Positions 52,418 through 63,413 of a DNA stretch of 64,000 nt are shown piece by piece. Every line of letters begins with the position of its first letter. Position 1 is the first letter of the stretch. Source of the DNA: a virus. Its lineage: Duplodnaviria > Caudoviricetes. The translations under genes were made by a program, and so were the position numbers. The notes under the pieces are model-generated. The model had not been told where the DNA came from and ran no database searches. It saw nothing but the letters and a program-made list of their open reading frames with translations. The stretch spans positions 7,529-71,528 of the IMG/VR virus record IMGVR_UViG_3300005545_000008; one strand, given 5' to 3'.

Positions 52418-55400
52418 TGGAAATATTATTGCAAGATCTCTTACCTGGACAAGAGTATTTTTTCCAACTTAGATCAAAGAATCAAAATGGCGTATCCCAA
52501 TGGTCTAGAGCATATTCTTTTACTACAGATAGCGATATAACTGCACCTAGCCCTGCTAGTGGATTAACTTGGGTTGTGTCTCAATCAAGCTTTATTGGTG
52601 AATGGACAAAGCCAACAACAGATTCAGATGGTAAGCCTCTGAAAGATTTTAAAGACTTCAAAATAACTTTGACAGCAGACTCACAAACTGCTGTATTTTA
52701 TGTTGTTGAAGAAAGATTTGATTTTACACTAGAAAGGAATATAGGCTCATTTGGTTCACCAAAACCTACTGTAGATATAAAGGTTGAGGTTAGAGACAAC
52801 ATGAGTAATTTATCAACTTCTATAACCTCTAGTGCAACAAATCCAATACCACCAGATATTGTAAACTTTAATGCAGAACCAATTCTTAAGGGAGTAAGCA
52901 TATCGTGGGACCCTACAACTGCCGATGATTTGAAACAATATGAAGTGTATATGGCTACAAGTGGTCCAAGCTTCACTCCTGGTCCATCAAATCTGATTTT
53001 CTCTGGTAGAGCAAATCAGTTTGTATATACTACAGCAAACCAGATTGTTCATTATTTTAAAGCAAGAGTTGTTGATTTGTTTGATCAAGGTTCTGCTAAT
53101 TATGTATCTGATAGTGCGACCCCCCAAGGCACTGCTGATCTTGATACAACACCTCCTGATTCACCAACAACAGTTACTGTAACATCGAGTGCTGACACCG
53201 ATGGCTCCTCTCTGATTAATGTGAGTTGGACATCAGTTTCCTCATCAAATCTAAGAAATTATATCGTCAGATACTCCCTTGATCAGGTAACATGGCAGTA
53301 CATTACTGTACCATCAACTGCTACATCCACAACGATCACAGGGTTATTGCCAAATACTTCCTACTATATCGGAGTGGCTAGCTCAAGTTATTTAAGTACT
53401 AGATCTCTGTTTACCAATGCTGGAACATACCCAATAACAACAGCAGCAGATACAACAGCACCAAGCACACCATCAGCACCAACTGTTTCAACAAATACGT
53501 TTATGGCTCAAGTCAATCACAATATGACAAAAGCGGCGGGTGGGAACTTAGAGGCTGATGTTGAATATCTAGAGGTACATGCATCTACAACAACAGGATT
53601 TACACCAGATCTAACAACCTTAAGAGGAACAATAGTCAGTGGTGGCCAAGGCATAGCCGTATCTGCTGTATTTGAATTTTCTCCAACAGATTCGATGACA
53701 AACCTTTACTGGAAAGTCATCGCGGTTGATCGTGCAAAAAATAAATCAGTAGCATCAGCACAAGCAACAGGACTCCCTGGATTAATTGCAACAGCAAATA
53801 TTGCTAATCTAGCAGTCACAAACGCCAAGGTTAATGATTTAAGTGCTGTCAAATTAACAGCAGGAACAGCGTTTATTAATGATCTATTCATAAGATCAAA
53901 TCTTGTCATAGATAACTCTAGTGGTCATATAAAATCAAACAATTATGATGCAGGGGCACAAACAGGATGGACCCTAGATGAAAATGGTTTGGTAATATAC
54001 AATGGTACTATTTCAGCTTCCGCATTACAGTTGCAGGATTCACAGAATATAGCACCAGTCCCCTTCTCTGACTTTGAGTTTAATGAAGAGTATTATCATA
54101 ACTCTTCAAATATAGCCAATATTGTTACCTCAACAGTAACATCGGGCATGCTACTTGATATTCTGTCTACACCAAGAACTGGAAGACAGTCTATCAGGGT
54201 ATATAATGCTGCAATTACAAATCCTACAGTACATAATTATGTATTCGCACCAGATGGATTGACAGGTACAAATGCTAATGTTGAAGTAAATCCTGGTGAT
54301 TATATTCTATCAGTATATATGAAGAAAAATGGGACACCAAATCAGAATGTTAAGCTTGGGTTATATACAGATACAGCAACAGCGGTACAATCATCTGTGC
54401 AGTCTGTGACATCAACATCATGGACAAGATATAGTGCAGTATTGACTGTTCCGAGCGGTGCACAGAAAGTAAAGATTTACATTGAAATAGGACCACAAGC
54501 TTCAAATACTGGATATGACATCCTACTTGATTCAGTTCAGCTTGAAAGAAAAATGGCTGGATCAACAAGTCCTTCCCCATGGACTCCGCCATCAGAAACT
54601 AGAATTGATGGTGGAGCAATTGTTACTGGATCAATTAGATCATCTTCAGCGTCTGCAACTGTGCCAGGACAACCAGCATGGTCAATTAATACTGCCGGAA
54701 ATATGCAAATTGGTGATGCTTTAGTTCGTGGTAGTCTGACAGTAGGCGCTGGATCAGAAGCAGCATCAATTGTTCAATCTGGTAACTATGTAGCAAGTAC
54801 AACTGGTTGGATAATTAAAGGTGATGGTTCTGTAGAATTTAATGGTGGACTGTTTCGTGGAGAAGTCGATATTAGTACAGTTTTTGATTCAAAAACATTC
54901 TCTGTTGAAATGGGAAACATGCCATCAAGCTTTGTTTGGTATGATGGAGATCAACTTTCTGGTAATGAACCTACAATACTCTTCAGGGGTTGGTCGTTTA
55001 CACAAGATGGTTCAGGTGGATTTGATCCAGTTAGAGATGTGCAAACAGTAATGCGTTTAACACCACTTGGAGAGTTCCAATGGATTTTCGATCCTTCACA
55101 TACAGATGACGTTCTATCAGTTGACGGCAATAATAGAAGAGATGCTTCTGGAAATCAACTAGACAGATATTATGGCTGGGTAGATAAAAGAATGGGTCTA
55201 GGACAATGGAATGATACTTGGTATGAATCAAATGTTGAGGGAAGAACATTATTCAGTAACACATACTATCTTGATGAGGGTGCATTTTCCTATGCTCCAA
55301 CAAGCATGGGTGAATATACAGAAGCTTTTGGAAGAATAGATGGATATGGACAAGCAGATGGTTCACAGGGTGCATTTGATCCCAGTTCTCAACTCCACAT

Positions 55401-56721
55401 AAGAGCTTATGGATATGATGGCATAAAGGTAAGAAATATAATACCATCAGGATATGATTTATTTGATAATGGTGGTGGAGTTTCATACTACAATTCAAAT
55501 ACTCTAAGAAACAGAATTACTATCAACTCTGTTCAAAGCAATTTGAAATTTCACTCAACAACTATTGATGTTGATAGTCGTGCGAATACACATACTGGCT
55601 TAGATTGTACAATTACTGCGGCCGGTTCTGGGAATCCCTCCTTTGCATTTACACCAAATTCAACTACATATAATGTAACCGTGACACCAGGAGATCAGTA
55701 CTACTTGGCCTGGTATGGCTATAAGCCATCGGCACAGTCCTTGACAATGAGAACATTCATGAAATTGGATAATGGTACAACAATATATAGCACACCATGG
55801 ACTTTCTTTAGTACGTCAACAACAACGGATCTAATTCATAATAGCAATCATACATATGAACTAGATGACTTACTGATAGTGCCATCAGGTGTGACCTCAG
55901 CACACTTTGGTATTGAATTGATTGGAACAGTCTCAACTGATCGAAACTTTAGAATCAGTGGTGTACAGTTGATTAAGGTATTTTCATCAACAGGTGGAGT
56001 GAAGAAACTTGAAACAAACTTCAACTGGCGTCGTTTCTATCCAAGAGCAACAACATTTAATTATGATGCTGATGGTTTAGCCATGATTAGTTTAAATACG
56101 ACACCAGTACCTGGAAGCATAAGAGATATCAATAATCCAAAAATATTTAGACATGCCGAAATAGAATTCTGGGTTAGAGAGATGGACACAACACCAGGAA
56201 GCTTAGGCAGCAGACAAGCAGACATCAGAATAAATCCGCTTGGTATGAGAAAAGGTAATGATGGAGAATATAAGCTTGATCATGGTGAATTTAGGTCTTT
56301 GACATCATCTACCGCAGTTGCATTCAACTCTTTAACTAAATTAAGTTTTACAAATAATAAAATTTTAGATATGGTAACAGGTTCAACAATGGCTACATAT
56401 TGGGATGATATGGGTATTGTAATGGATAACACTGGAGGGTATACTACATTTGTACCACAGAGAGCTGGATTATTCTTAGTTTCTTTGTTCTTGAGCTGGT
56501 CACCAGCTGTAGGAACTGAATTTCATGTAGTGGAATTAATTAAGGATTCAAATGGTGCTGTACTAGGTTCTACACCTCTAATAGAAGGTCATACAAGACA
56601 AACAGCGTCATTTGTTGTTCCACTGTCTGTTGGAGAAAAATGTTATTTCCACGTCTACCATGTTGGCAGTACAAAAACTATTGATACAAACAGCAATGTG
56701 AGTTTCATGCAATTACTATAA
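52417..56721 (+). CDS. Tail fibre/host-range protein with fibronectin-III and CBM-like domains
   Basis: Repeated FN3 patterns (DTTPPDSPT.V.V...VSW...Y..RYS...TITGLLPNTSY); ANLAVTNAKV repeats; S/T-rich. Confidence 0.85.
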   Translation: MEILLQDLLPGQEYFFQLRSKNQNGVSQWSRAYSFTTDSDITAPSPASGLTWVVSQSSFIGEWTKPTTDSDGKPLKDFKDFKITLTADSQTAVFYVVEERFDFTLERNIGSFGSPKPTVDIKVEVRDNMSNLSTSITSSATNPIPPDIVNFNAEPILKGVSISWDPTTADDLKQYEVYMATSGPSFTPGPSNLIFSGRANQFVYTTANQIVHYFKARVVDLFDQGSANYVSDSATPQGTADLDTTPPDSPTTVTVTSSADTDGSSLINVSWTSVSSSNLRNYIVRYSLDQVTWQYITVPSTATSTTITGLLPNTSYYIGVASSSYLSTRSLFTNAGTYPITTAADTTAPSTPSAPTVSTNTFMAQVNHNMTKAAGGNLEADVEYLEVHASTTTGFTPDLTTLRGTIVSGGQGIAVSAVFEFSPTDSMTNLYWKVIAVDRAKNKSVASAQATGLPGLIATANIANLAVTNAKVNDLSAVKLTAGTAFINDLFIRSNLVIDNSSGHIKSNNYDAGAQTGWTLDENGLVIYNGTISASALQLQDSQNIAPVPFSDFEFNEEYYHNSSNIANIVTSTVTSGMLLDILSTPRTGRQSIRVYNAAITNPTVHNYVFAPDGLTGTNANVEVNPGDYILSVYMKKNGTPNQNVKLGLYTDTATAVQSSVQSVTSTSWTRYSAVLTVPSGAQKVKIYIEIGPQASNTGYDILLDSVQLERKMAGSTSPSPWTPPSETRIDGGAIVTGSIRSSSASATVPGQPAWSINTAGNMQIGDALVRGSLTVGAGSEAASIVQSGNYVASTTGWIIKGDGSVEFNGGLFRGEVDISTVFDSKTFSVEMGNMPSSFVWYDGDQLSGNEPTILFRGWSFTQDGSGGFDPVRDVQTVMRLTPLGEFQWIFDPSHTDDVLSVDGNNRRDASGNQLDRYYGWVDKRMGLGQWNDTWYESNVEGRTLFSNTYYLDEGAFSYAPTSMGEYTEAFGRIDGYGQADGSQGAFDPSSQLHIRAYGYDGIKVRNIIPSGYDLFDNGGGVSYYNSNTLRNRITINSVQSNLKFHSTTIDVDSRANTHTGLDCTITAAGSGNPSFAFTPNSTTYNVTVTPGDQYYLAWYGYKPSAQSLTMRTFMKLDNGTTIYSTPWTFFSTSTTTDLIHNSNHTYELDDLLIVPSGVTSAHFGIELIGTVSTDRNFRISGVQLIKVFSSTGGVKKLETNFNWRRFYPRATTFNYDADGLAMISLNTTPVPGSIRDINNPKIFRHAEIEFWVREMDTTPGSLGSRQADIRINPLGMRKGNDGEYKLDHGEFRSLTSSTAVAFNSLTKLSFTNNKILDMVTGSTMATYWDDMGIVMDNTGGYTTFVPQRAGLFLVSLFLSWSPAVGTEFHVVELIKDSNGAVLGSTPLIEGHTRQTASFVVPLSVGEKCYFHVYHVGSTKTIDTNSNVSFMQLL

Positions 56722-56729
56722 GGAGAAAA

Positions 56730-56957
56730 ATGGATCAGAATTTAGAAAGAAAATTACAAGTGTATAGAGTAAGAATTTCCAATTTGATTGATGAACATGC
56801 TGAAGCGCTAGTTCAAGCTCAGGAATTACATCAAAAATTGCAAGAAGAGCAAGAAAAAGTAAAAAACTTGGAGAAATTACTCAAGGAGAAAAATGTTCAA
56901 GAGAAAGAGCCATCAGTTACAATCATCGACCATGACATGGTCTCCGCCAAGAGATAA
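56730..56957 (+). CDS. Small coiled-coil protein
   Basis: AGGAG RBS; Q/E/K-rich. Confidence 0.7.
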   Translation: MDQNLERKLQVYRVRISNLIDEHAEALVQAQELHQKLQEEQEKVKNLEKLLKEKNVQEKEPSVTIIDHDMVSAKR

Positions 56958-57348
56958 GGTAAAGTATCCAAAATGGACATTTCTATATATTCCTGAAATC
57001 AATGAATATAGTTTGATATGGGATAAGACAAGGCTCATATTTATATCAGAAAGAGCATTTAGAAGTTGGAATAAAAATCCAGTAATTGCTTCAAAAGAAA
57101 GTGTGTCTGGTTATAAAATATGGAAAAGGATTGGTTTTGCCCCAGGCACAGTGATAGAGTCTGTAGTGGATGGAAAAAAATATTTTATAACTGGAAATAA
57201 ATTATTTGAGGAAGAAAAAATGTTGATTGCAACACCTGATTTCTATGACAAACTAGGGTTCAATCCGTCATTGGCAGTGTTGGCTTCAATGGAAGAAGTT
57301 AATTTTCATAAGGAAGGAGAAATGATAAATGACATCAGACATGTATGA
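56893..57348 (+). CDS. Hypothetical protein
   Basis: AAGGAG RBS; overlapping operon. Confidence 0.7.
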   Translation: MFKRKSHQLQSSTMTWSPPRDKVKYPKWTFLYIPEINEYSLIWDKTRLIFISERAFRSWNKNPVIASKESVSGYKIWKRIGFAPGTVIESVVDGKKYFITGNKLFEEEKMLIATPDFYDKLGFNPSLAVLASMEEVNFHKEGEMINDIRHV

Positions 57349-57760
57349 AAGAGTATCCTTTGGTCAGGGGCCGATTGATGAAGATTTATTGAATAAGTTA
57401 TCATCTAATCAAGATTATTTATATGAGCATATGATCACTGGATATTATAATATTCTCGGTGTAACACGTGAGACAGGCTTGACTGTCAGAGTTGGTCATG
57501 CTAAATTATTGAATCAAACTGATGCGCTTCAAGGTCATAATGTATATTTCAATAGGCCCTTCCTGCCTGGAACACGTCCAGCGGTATTCTTGACATTAAG
57601 TTCAAGCAGACATGGCATCATGGACTACTTTGCCATGGGGTTGGACGGAAGAGCTATCCCTGATCACAGAGGTTTTCATCTCATTGCTCACCAGGATCGT
57701 ACAGATCAGTTTGCGGAAGACCAGTACATCAGTTACTTAGCTATTGCACCTACTGGATGA
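57329..57760 (+). CDS. Hypothetical protein
   Basis: GAAGGAG RBS. Confidence 0.7.
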   Translation: MTSDMYERVSFGQGPIDEDLLNKLSSNQDYLYEHMITGYYNILGVTRETGLTVRVGHAKLLNQTDALQGHNVYFNRPFLPGTRPAVFLTLSSSRHGIMDYFAMGLDGRAIPDHRGFHLIAHQDRTDQFAEDQYISYLAIAPTG

Positions 57761-57814
57761 TTGTGGTACAGTTGCAACCAAGTCCCCAACTGGGGCAGAA
57801 GGATTGGTTACAGA

Positions 57815-58600
57815 GTGACTAACGATTTAAAATGGTTTATTATGAGCGACATCCATATTCCGATTCATTCGGAAAGGATGTTGTCTCTTGCTTTTGACGT
57901 AATTAAATGGTGGAAGCCAGATGCGATTGATATCGCTGGGGATCAAGATGATGCTTGTGGTACTTCAAGATGGGCTGATGGTTCTGTAGAAGAAGTAAAC
58001 AGCAGAGTTTTTGAAGATTCAATTTTATTAAAGAAATTTTCAGCGGATGTACGTGAGGCTGCCCCTAAGGCAGATCTTCATTGGCATGATGGTAATCATG
58101 GATGGACACGACACGACAGTTATATTAAGACGAAGGCAAAAGCCTTGGACGGTCTAATAACTCCTGACACCATCTATGATTTAAATAAAAATGGATGGAG
58201 CTGGCACCCATATCAAGGCCCACCCGTTCAACGTTTTGGTGAAATGCACGTTCATCATGGATTAGCAATTTCGAAACATGGTGGACAGTCAGTAAAGCAG
58301 GACGTTGAGGATTGGAACGTCTCTCTGATTAGAGGGCATTCACACAGACAGGCTTCTTATAGGAAATCAGTTGTCTTTAGTGATGACAGTCTAACTATCA
58401 CACAAGATCTAGAGGGATATGAGATTGGTCATCTAATGGATGTTTCCAAAGCTAAATATTCTCCTACTCACAATTGGCAACCAGGATTTGCTATTGCACA
58501 TGTTGAGAATGGCAAGAAGCCTCATGTTCAATTAGTTCCTATCCATATCACTGAAAATGGATATACATGCTATGTTGATGGTAGGCGTTTTTCGGCATGA
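57815..58600 (+). CDS. Calcineurin-like metallophosphoesterase
   Basis: SDIHIP, GDQDD, GNH, HHG, RGHSHR. Confidence 0.85.
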   Translation: MTNDLKWFIMSDIHIPIHSERMLSLAFDVIKWWKPDAIDIAGDQDDACGTSRWADGSVEEVNSRVFEDSILLKKFSADVREAAPKADLHWHDGNHGWTRHDSYIKTKAKALDGLITPDTIYDLNKNGWSWHPYQGPPVQRFGEMHVHHGLAISKHGGQSVKQDVEDWNVSLIRGHSHRQASYRKSVVFSDDSLTITQDLEGYEIGHLMDVSKAKYSPTHNWQPGFAIAHVENGKKPHVQLVPIHITENGYTCYVDGRRFSA

Positions 58601-59388
58601 TTCATAACACTCTTGTTTGGACAAAACGAGGGTGGAAGAAGTCAGATGAGTTGGCTATAGGAGATAAAATTATCTCCTATAGCCCTTCTCGTAACTGCAC
58701 AGAGTATGACGAGATATCTTCAATACAAATTGATTATGGAATAAAATCAATAATGGGACTCAGATCAAGCTCAATGAATATGTGCGTGACTCCGGACCAT
58801 CCTTTTATAGTTCTAGACAGTAAAATAAAAAAAACAGAAACGATAAGTATAAAAGATGTATTTCTTACCAACCTTTATAGTGGTAAAACTGCTTTATACT
58901 CATCCCCATTTGAGCCATATGCAATGAGTGGGAACCTAGATGATATCGCATGGTCCGCCCGAACGGCTGCTAGCTTTGGTAACGTTCTTGCAACACCTCT
59001 TGATATATTCCAGCGTACATGGAATGCTGTAGAAGACATCGGGGGCTATGAGGCTCAGCACTGGACAGATATATTTTTCCATTGGAGTATTTTACAACCA
59101 GGAACATATTGGTCCAAAGCAATTCCAATGAGCAATAAACAAACTGTGGAATTGGCATATCATGTTATACCACGCGCCGGGTTTGGAGTAAGATATTTAC
59201 GAAACCCAAGAAAAAACACAAGACAATGGATGTTAGGACTGTCAGTTAATAGCTCCCCAAGAATAGGTATAGAGAATTGGTATCAAGATAGAATAGAAGG
59301 ATTCTTTTTTAATATCAAGACGAAGAATGGAAATTTCTTAGCTAGAAAAACTGGTGGGACTTTCCTGTGCGCTTGTGAAGTAACATAG
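58597..59388 (+). CDS. Free-standing intein/Hint-like protein, predicted splicing-inactive
   Basis: NTLVWTKRGWK..EL.IGD; VTPDHPF; G.FFNIK.KNGNFLARK.G..FLCAC; no Cys1 and no terminal Asn. Confidence 0.7.
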   Translation: MIHNTLVWTKRGWKKSDELAIGDKIISYSPSRNCTEYDEISSIQIDYGIKSIMGLRSSSMNMCVTPDHPFIVLDSKIKKTETISIKDVFLTNLYSGKTALYSSPFEPYAMSGNLDDIAWSARTAASFGNVLATPLDIFQRTWNAVEDIGGYEAQHWTDIFFHWSILQPGTYWSKAIPMSNKQTVELAYHVIPRAGFGVRYLRNPRKNTRQWMLGLSVNSSPRIGIENWYQDRIEGFFFNIKTKNGNFLARKTGGTFLCACEVT

Positions 59389-59395
59389 GAGAGAA

Positions 59396-59608
59396 ATGCT
59401 TTTTTGTAAAAAATGTAATGGAAGAATATTTATTGATAGGGTTCACTCAAATAAAGGAGACATAGATCTTTTTTGTATAAAATGCGGGGCGAGGTGGATG
59501 TTACATAAAAGTAATCCAACAGCCCAACTTTTTACAAGGCTAGAAAAAATTAGGGAGAGATCATATTTTGGCTATCCAAATACCAGGAATGTTCTTCCTA
59601 GATGGTGA
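59396..59608 (+). CDS. Small zinc-finger protein
   Basis: CKKCNGRIFIDR...FCIKCGARW; AGGAG RBS. Confidence 0.75.
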   Translation: MLFCKKCNGRIFIDRVHSNKGDIDLFCIKCGARWMLHKSNPTAQLFTRLEKIRERSYFGYPNTRNVLPRW

Positions 59609-60053
59609 ACTCAATAAGAAAGTAAGGACAATTCCAAGCGAAAACGTATTAGTTGCTTGGAATTTTCCAAGAGAAGCAAGACTTCATTATAACTATCAGC
59701 AGGCTAGAAAAAGAATACAAAATGCTTATAACGTGAAAGAAGTAGCAGAATTATTAGAAGAGCCAGTTGATAGAATTAAAAAATTAGTGAGAAATAATAT
59801 CCTGAGTAGAGGCTCAGGAGCATCATACACCATTGCCACACGCCGCCCTGGTCCAGTATACTGGTCAGAAGACGACGTGCTAGACACACGCAATGAACTG
59901 TTTGCAATTGCAAAGAAGAACGTGTATGGTGAACCTCATGCAAGGTTCAAGCTTATAAGTGAAGCTGAGCTTGTGCACAAGATTCGCGGAGGCGAATCCT
60001 ATTACATCAGAAATAAAGATGGCGATTTTGTAAAGGTTTGGCGTGCTATATGA
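59588..60053 (+). CDS. HTH DNA-binding protein (MerR/Xis-like)
   Basis: YNVKEVAELL......IKKLVRNNIL...YWSEDDV. Confidence 0.7.
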
Positions 60054-60388
60054 GCGAAGAAGAAGTTAGAGAAGTTACATACGAACCGCTGGGAGCGAGT
60101 GAATTTGGTGCCGCAGAGATTTTTGCACAAGGTGCAGCAGCACTAGATTTAGCTGCCATTTTTGCTTTAGAGAGAAGAGACGTTGATGGTCTCGTCAAAG
60201 TTGCCAGAGAGTGGACCCGTATGGGAGCCGCTGTGCTCGAAATCTCTGGAGACGATGATACAAAAAAGACTCCCCTGAAATTTGGCTTCAGAGGAGAAAT
60301 TGCGGAGGAGGAAAAAAATGGAGAGCCAGGTAAGAGCATTAGTGAAGACAAGTTTCAAGTTGGGGGATTCAGACTACGTAAGCATTGA
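60050..60388 (+). CDS. Hypothetical protein
   Basis: ATGA coupling. Confidence 0.6.
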   Translation: MSEEEVREVTYEPLGASEFGAAEIFAQGAAALDLAAIFALERRDVDGLVKVAREWTRMGAAVLEISGDDDTKKTPLKFGFRGEIAEEEKNGEPGKSISEDKFQVGGFRLRKH

Positions 60389-60512
60389 GCTTGAAGTTAC
60401 TGATCATGTTAGAACAACTGATAAAAACACAGCTGCTGCAATTGATAGAGTTTATGGTTTAGTCCAAGATAAAGTGGCAGAAAAAGCACAGAAATTTATT
60501 GATAAGGTATGA
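60319..60512 (+). CDS. Hypothetical protein
   Basis: GGAGGAGG RBS; T.KLGD.DY.SI.L.V motif. Confidence 0.65.
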
Positions 60513-60853
60513 CAAGACGAAACGTTTTAGACGTAGCTAATGACATGATCACTCATTTTGTCAAATCCTACAATAGCAAGTTCAAAGAAAAGCCTATTGT
60601 AAATAGAGGAAAGATGAAGTATGCTATTGCTGAAATTCTTCAAGATTGGACTCAAGCAGAAATCAAAGATCTGCTGACATATTATGTAAATACAGAGTCG
60701 CGCCCTGATCTAAACGATTTCTGTAAGAGGTATGATGAAATAATAAGAGAAAAGCGCGTTGAAGCAAACGACCAAAAGATCAGGAAGCAGCTATTGAATG
60801 AGACGCGTCAGTCTGTATTGAAGTTTAGGGAGAATTATAAAGGTGCAAAATGA
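60509..60853 (+). CDS. Hypothetical replication-associated protein
   Basis: Directly upstream of the helicase. Confidence 0.65.
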   Translation: MTRRNVLDVANDMITHFVKSYNSKFKEKPIVNRGKMKYAIAEILQDWTQAEIKDLLTYYVNTESRPDLNDFCKRYDEIIREKRVEANDQKIRKQLLNETRQSVLKFRENYKGAK

Positions 60854-62099
60854 AATTAGATTGATCTCTGCGGTCATCAATGAACGTGATATTGCTCCAC
60901 TAATTAATGGCTCTAACATTGATCAACTCTTTACGTCATATGGTGATGTATGGGAATTCATCAAGGGATATTATTACAAACACAGAGAAATTGTGCCAAA
61001 AGATATCCTACAGGAGAAATTTACCGAGGTTGATCACAATTTCAAATTGATTGAAACCAGTGGTACAGTAAAGCACTATCTTGAGCAACTAAGGGATGAC
61101 TATAAAGCCAGTATGTTGGAGAGAATGGCACGCGGACTTGCTGGTGACCTTGGTAGAAAATCAAATGATGAGCTTATCCTGCAACTATCAAGACGTCTGA
61201 GTGAACTGACGAAAGTATCAACTGCGGTCCGTGATCTCGATATCACTGATCATGAGAAAGCAGTTGATCACTATACTGAAGTCAAAAGGATGATGGAGGA
61301 GAATGGAGGGGTTCTTGGAACAAGATTTGGTTATGATTCCATTGATGCCAATTATCCAACTGGTAAAGGATCTGGTCATTACATCATGATCTTATCTAGA
61401 ACTAACCAGGGTAAGTCGTGGCTGGCTCTAGATCTTGCCATTAATGCGTGGGCTCAAGGAAAGAAGATCCTATATGTATCTCTAGAAATGTCTCCAGAGC
61501 TAGTAAGAGACAGAGCATACTCCCTGATGTCATCAGGCATTTTTACCATGTCAGAATTATCAAGAGCACAAATCGACATAGGTCAGATGGAAAGCTGGTC
61601 AAGTAATAACTTAAAAGCTGATAGCTCGTTTGTGGTAGTTGGAAGTGATAGCATGGGAGACTTTACACCAGCGGCGATGCAAGCTAAGATTGATCAATAT
61701 GGACCTGATGAAGTTTATATCGACTACATTCAATTGATGAGTGACAACAAGGGCTCAACAGGTGCGACAGAAAGAATTCGTAACGTTTCAAAAGAACTGA
61801 AGTCCACTGCAATTATGAATGAGATTGCAGTGATTGGTGTTGCATCAGCTTCAGCACATGAGACTAAAGAATACTTTAGTCCTCCTCAAATTTATGAGGT
61901 TGCAGAGTCTAAGCAGTCAGCTTATGACTGCGATCTAGTGCTTGCTCTGATTTCTAAGAAGCAATCAGATGGCACAAGTCTAACTGAGATCATTGCCAGA
62001 AAGAATAGGCATGGTCCCCTATTCGATTTCATCTTGCGTATGGATATTGCCAATGGTAAGATCACTGAAGAATGGGTCATGGATGATGAAGAAGAGTAA
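60843..62099 (+). CDS. dnaB: DnaB-like replicative helicase
   Basis: SRTNQGKSW, YVSLEMS, YIDYIQLM, VSKELK..A, AYDCDLV, KNRHG. Confidence 0.92.
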   Translation: MQNEIRLISAVINERDIAPLINGSNIDQLFTSYGDVWEFIKGYYYKHREIVPKDILQEKFTEVDHNFKLIETSGTVKHYLEQLRDDYKASMLERMARGLAGDLGRKSNDELILQLSRRLSELTKVSTAVRDLDITDHEKAVDHYTEVKRMMEENGGVLGTRFGYDSIDANYPTGKGSGHYIMILSRTNQGKSWLALDLAINAWAQGKKILYVSLEMSPELVRDRAYSLMSSGIFTMSELSRAQIDIGQMESWSSNNLKADSSFVVVGSDSMGDFTPAAMQAKIDQYGPDEVYIDYIQLMSDNKGSTGATERIRNVSKELKSTAIMNEIAVIGVASASAHETKEYFSPPQIYEVAESKQSAYDCDLVLALISKKQSDGTSLTEIIARKNRHGPLFDFILRMDIANGKITEEWVMDDEEE

Positions 62100-62101
62100 A
62101 A

Positions 62102-62374
62102 ATGCACAAACCAGTAAAGACATTTAGCCAGGAGGGCCTGATCGCAGATGACAAAGATTTCATAAGGATTCGAAATGAATTCGAGAGATTGATCATTGAA
62201 CAGATGCGCGAACTTGGGTGCCTGCCTATTCATGAGTTAGGCACCCATTGGTCAACAAAATGGCTAGGAGATAAATATTCTTTCAAGCTCACCATCTATG
62301 GATGGTATGCTGGAAGAAAGAAAAGCAAAGAGTTTGACTTCTGGTGTGAGGGCAGGTTGGTTAAAAGTGGATGA
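62102..62374 (+). CDS. Hypothetical protein
   Basis: Between helicase and primase. Confidence 0.65.
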   Translation: MHKPVKTFSQEGLIADDKDFIRIRNEFERLIIEQMRELGCLPIHELGTHWSTKWLGDKYSFKLTIYGWYAGRKKSKEFDFWCEGRLVKSG

Positions 62375-63413
62375 AATTTTTACGCCTGGCCAAGTAGAAG
62401 CAGTGCTTAATGAAATAGGCGTCGATGTGCGAGGAGAGACAGATACAAATCTTCTGTGTCTATGCCCATTTCATAAAAACACGGATAGTCCAAGCTTTTC
62501 GGTAGCAAAAGACACGGGTTTATATCTGTGCTTTTCTCCGATTTGTGACGAACGTGGAACGCTGCCAAAGCTCGTGTCAGTAATGACAAGATCCAATCCT
62601 TTTGTTGTAAAGAGGATTATTAAGAAGCATGAAAAGCCAGGAGATCCTATTGCTAAACAAATTGAGGATCTCTTATCAAAAAGTGAAGACCTTCCAAAAT
62701 TCAATCAAGATACCATGAATAGACTCATGGATGATCTGTGGAATTCAAAAGGTGAAAAGTATCTAGTAGAAAAAAGAAAATTAACACCAGCAACACTAGC
62801 TCATTTCGGGGTTGGCTATTCAGTAAGAAACGATATGATTGCAATACCATTGCATGATTGGAATGGTAACCTGGTAGGTATTATTGGTAGAAGTACTGAA
62901 GGTAAGAGATTTAAAAACTCAGATAAGCTTCCAACCAGCAAGACATTATTCAATGTGCATAGGGCAAAGAGATTATCTGGACCATTGGTCATAGTTGAAG
63001 CTTCAATATCAGCGATGAGAGTGCATCAAGCGGGGCACCCAAAGGTGGTGGCTACAAATGGTGGATTCTTTACCGAACATCATAGACAATTGATGGAAAG
63101 ATATTTTGATGAAATAATCATCATGACTGACTTTGATGATCCAGAAGAACACAGATCCCCATTGTGCAAGAAATGTTTCAATACATGCCTTGGTCATAAT
63201 CCAGGCAGAGCACTTGGGGAAAAGATTGTAAGGGATCTGCCAAACAAAAGAATACGCTGGGGGTCCTATAGTCATCATATGATTTATCCAAATGGAGCAA
63301 AAGATCCTGATGCATTAGAAGACGATGAGATCATGACATGCATAAAAAATTCGATCTCTTCAATTGAGTGGAACTTTTGGAAGTCGGAAGACCACAGGTT
63401 CGCCTTGATCTAA
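62367..63413 (+). CDS. dnaG: DNA primase (CHC2 zinc finger plus TOPRIM)
   Basis: CPFH...PSF...LCF..C; GIIGRS...RFKNS; IVE; MTDFD; KDPD. Confidence 0.9.
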   Translation: MDEIFTPGQVEAVLNEIGVDVRGETDTNLLCLCPFHKNTDSPSFSVAKDTGLYLCFSPICDERGTLPKLVSVMTRSNPFVVKRIIKKHEKPGDPIAKQIEDLLSKSEDLPKFNQDTMNRLMDDLWNSKGEKYLVEKRKLTPATLAHFGVGYSVRNDMIAIPLHDWNGNLVGIIGRSTEGKRFKNSDKLPTSKTLFNVHRAKRLSGPLVIVEASISAMRVHQAGHPKVVATNGGFFTEHHRQLMERYFDEIIIMTDFDDPEEHRSPLCKKCFNTCLGHNPGRALGEKIVRDLPNKRIRWGSYSHHMIYPNGAKDPDALEDDEIMTCIKNSISSIEWNFWKSEDHRFALI

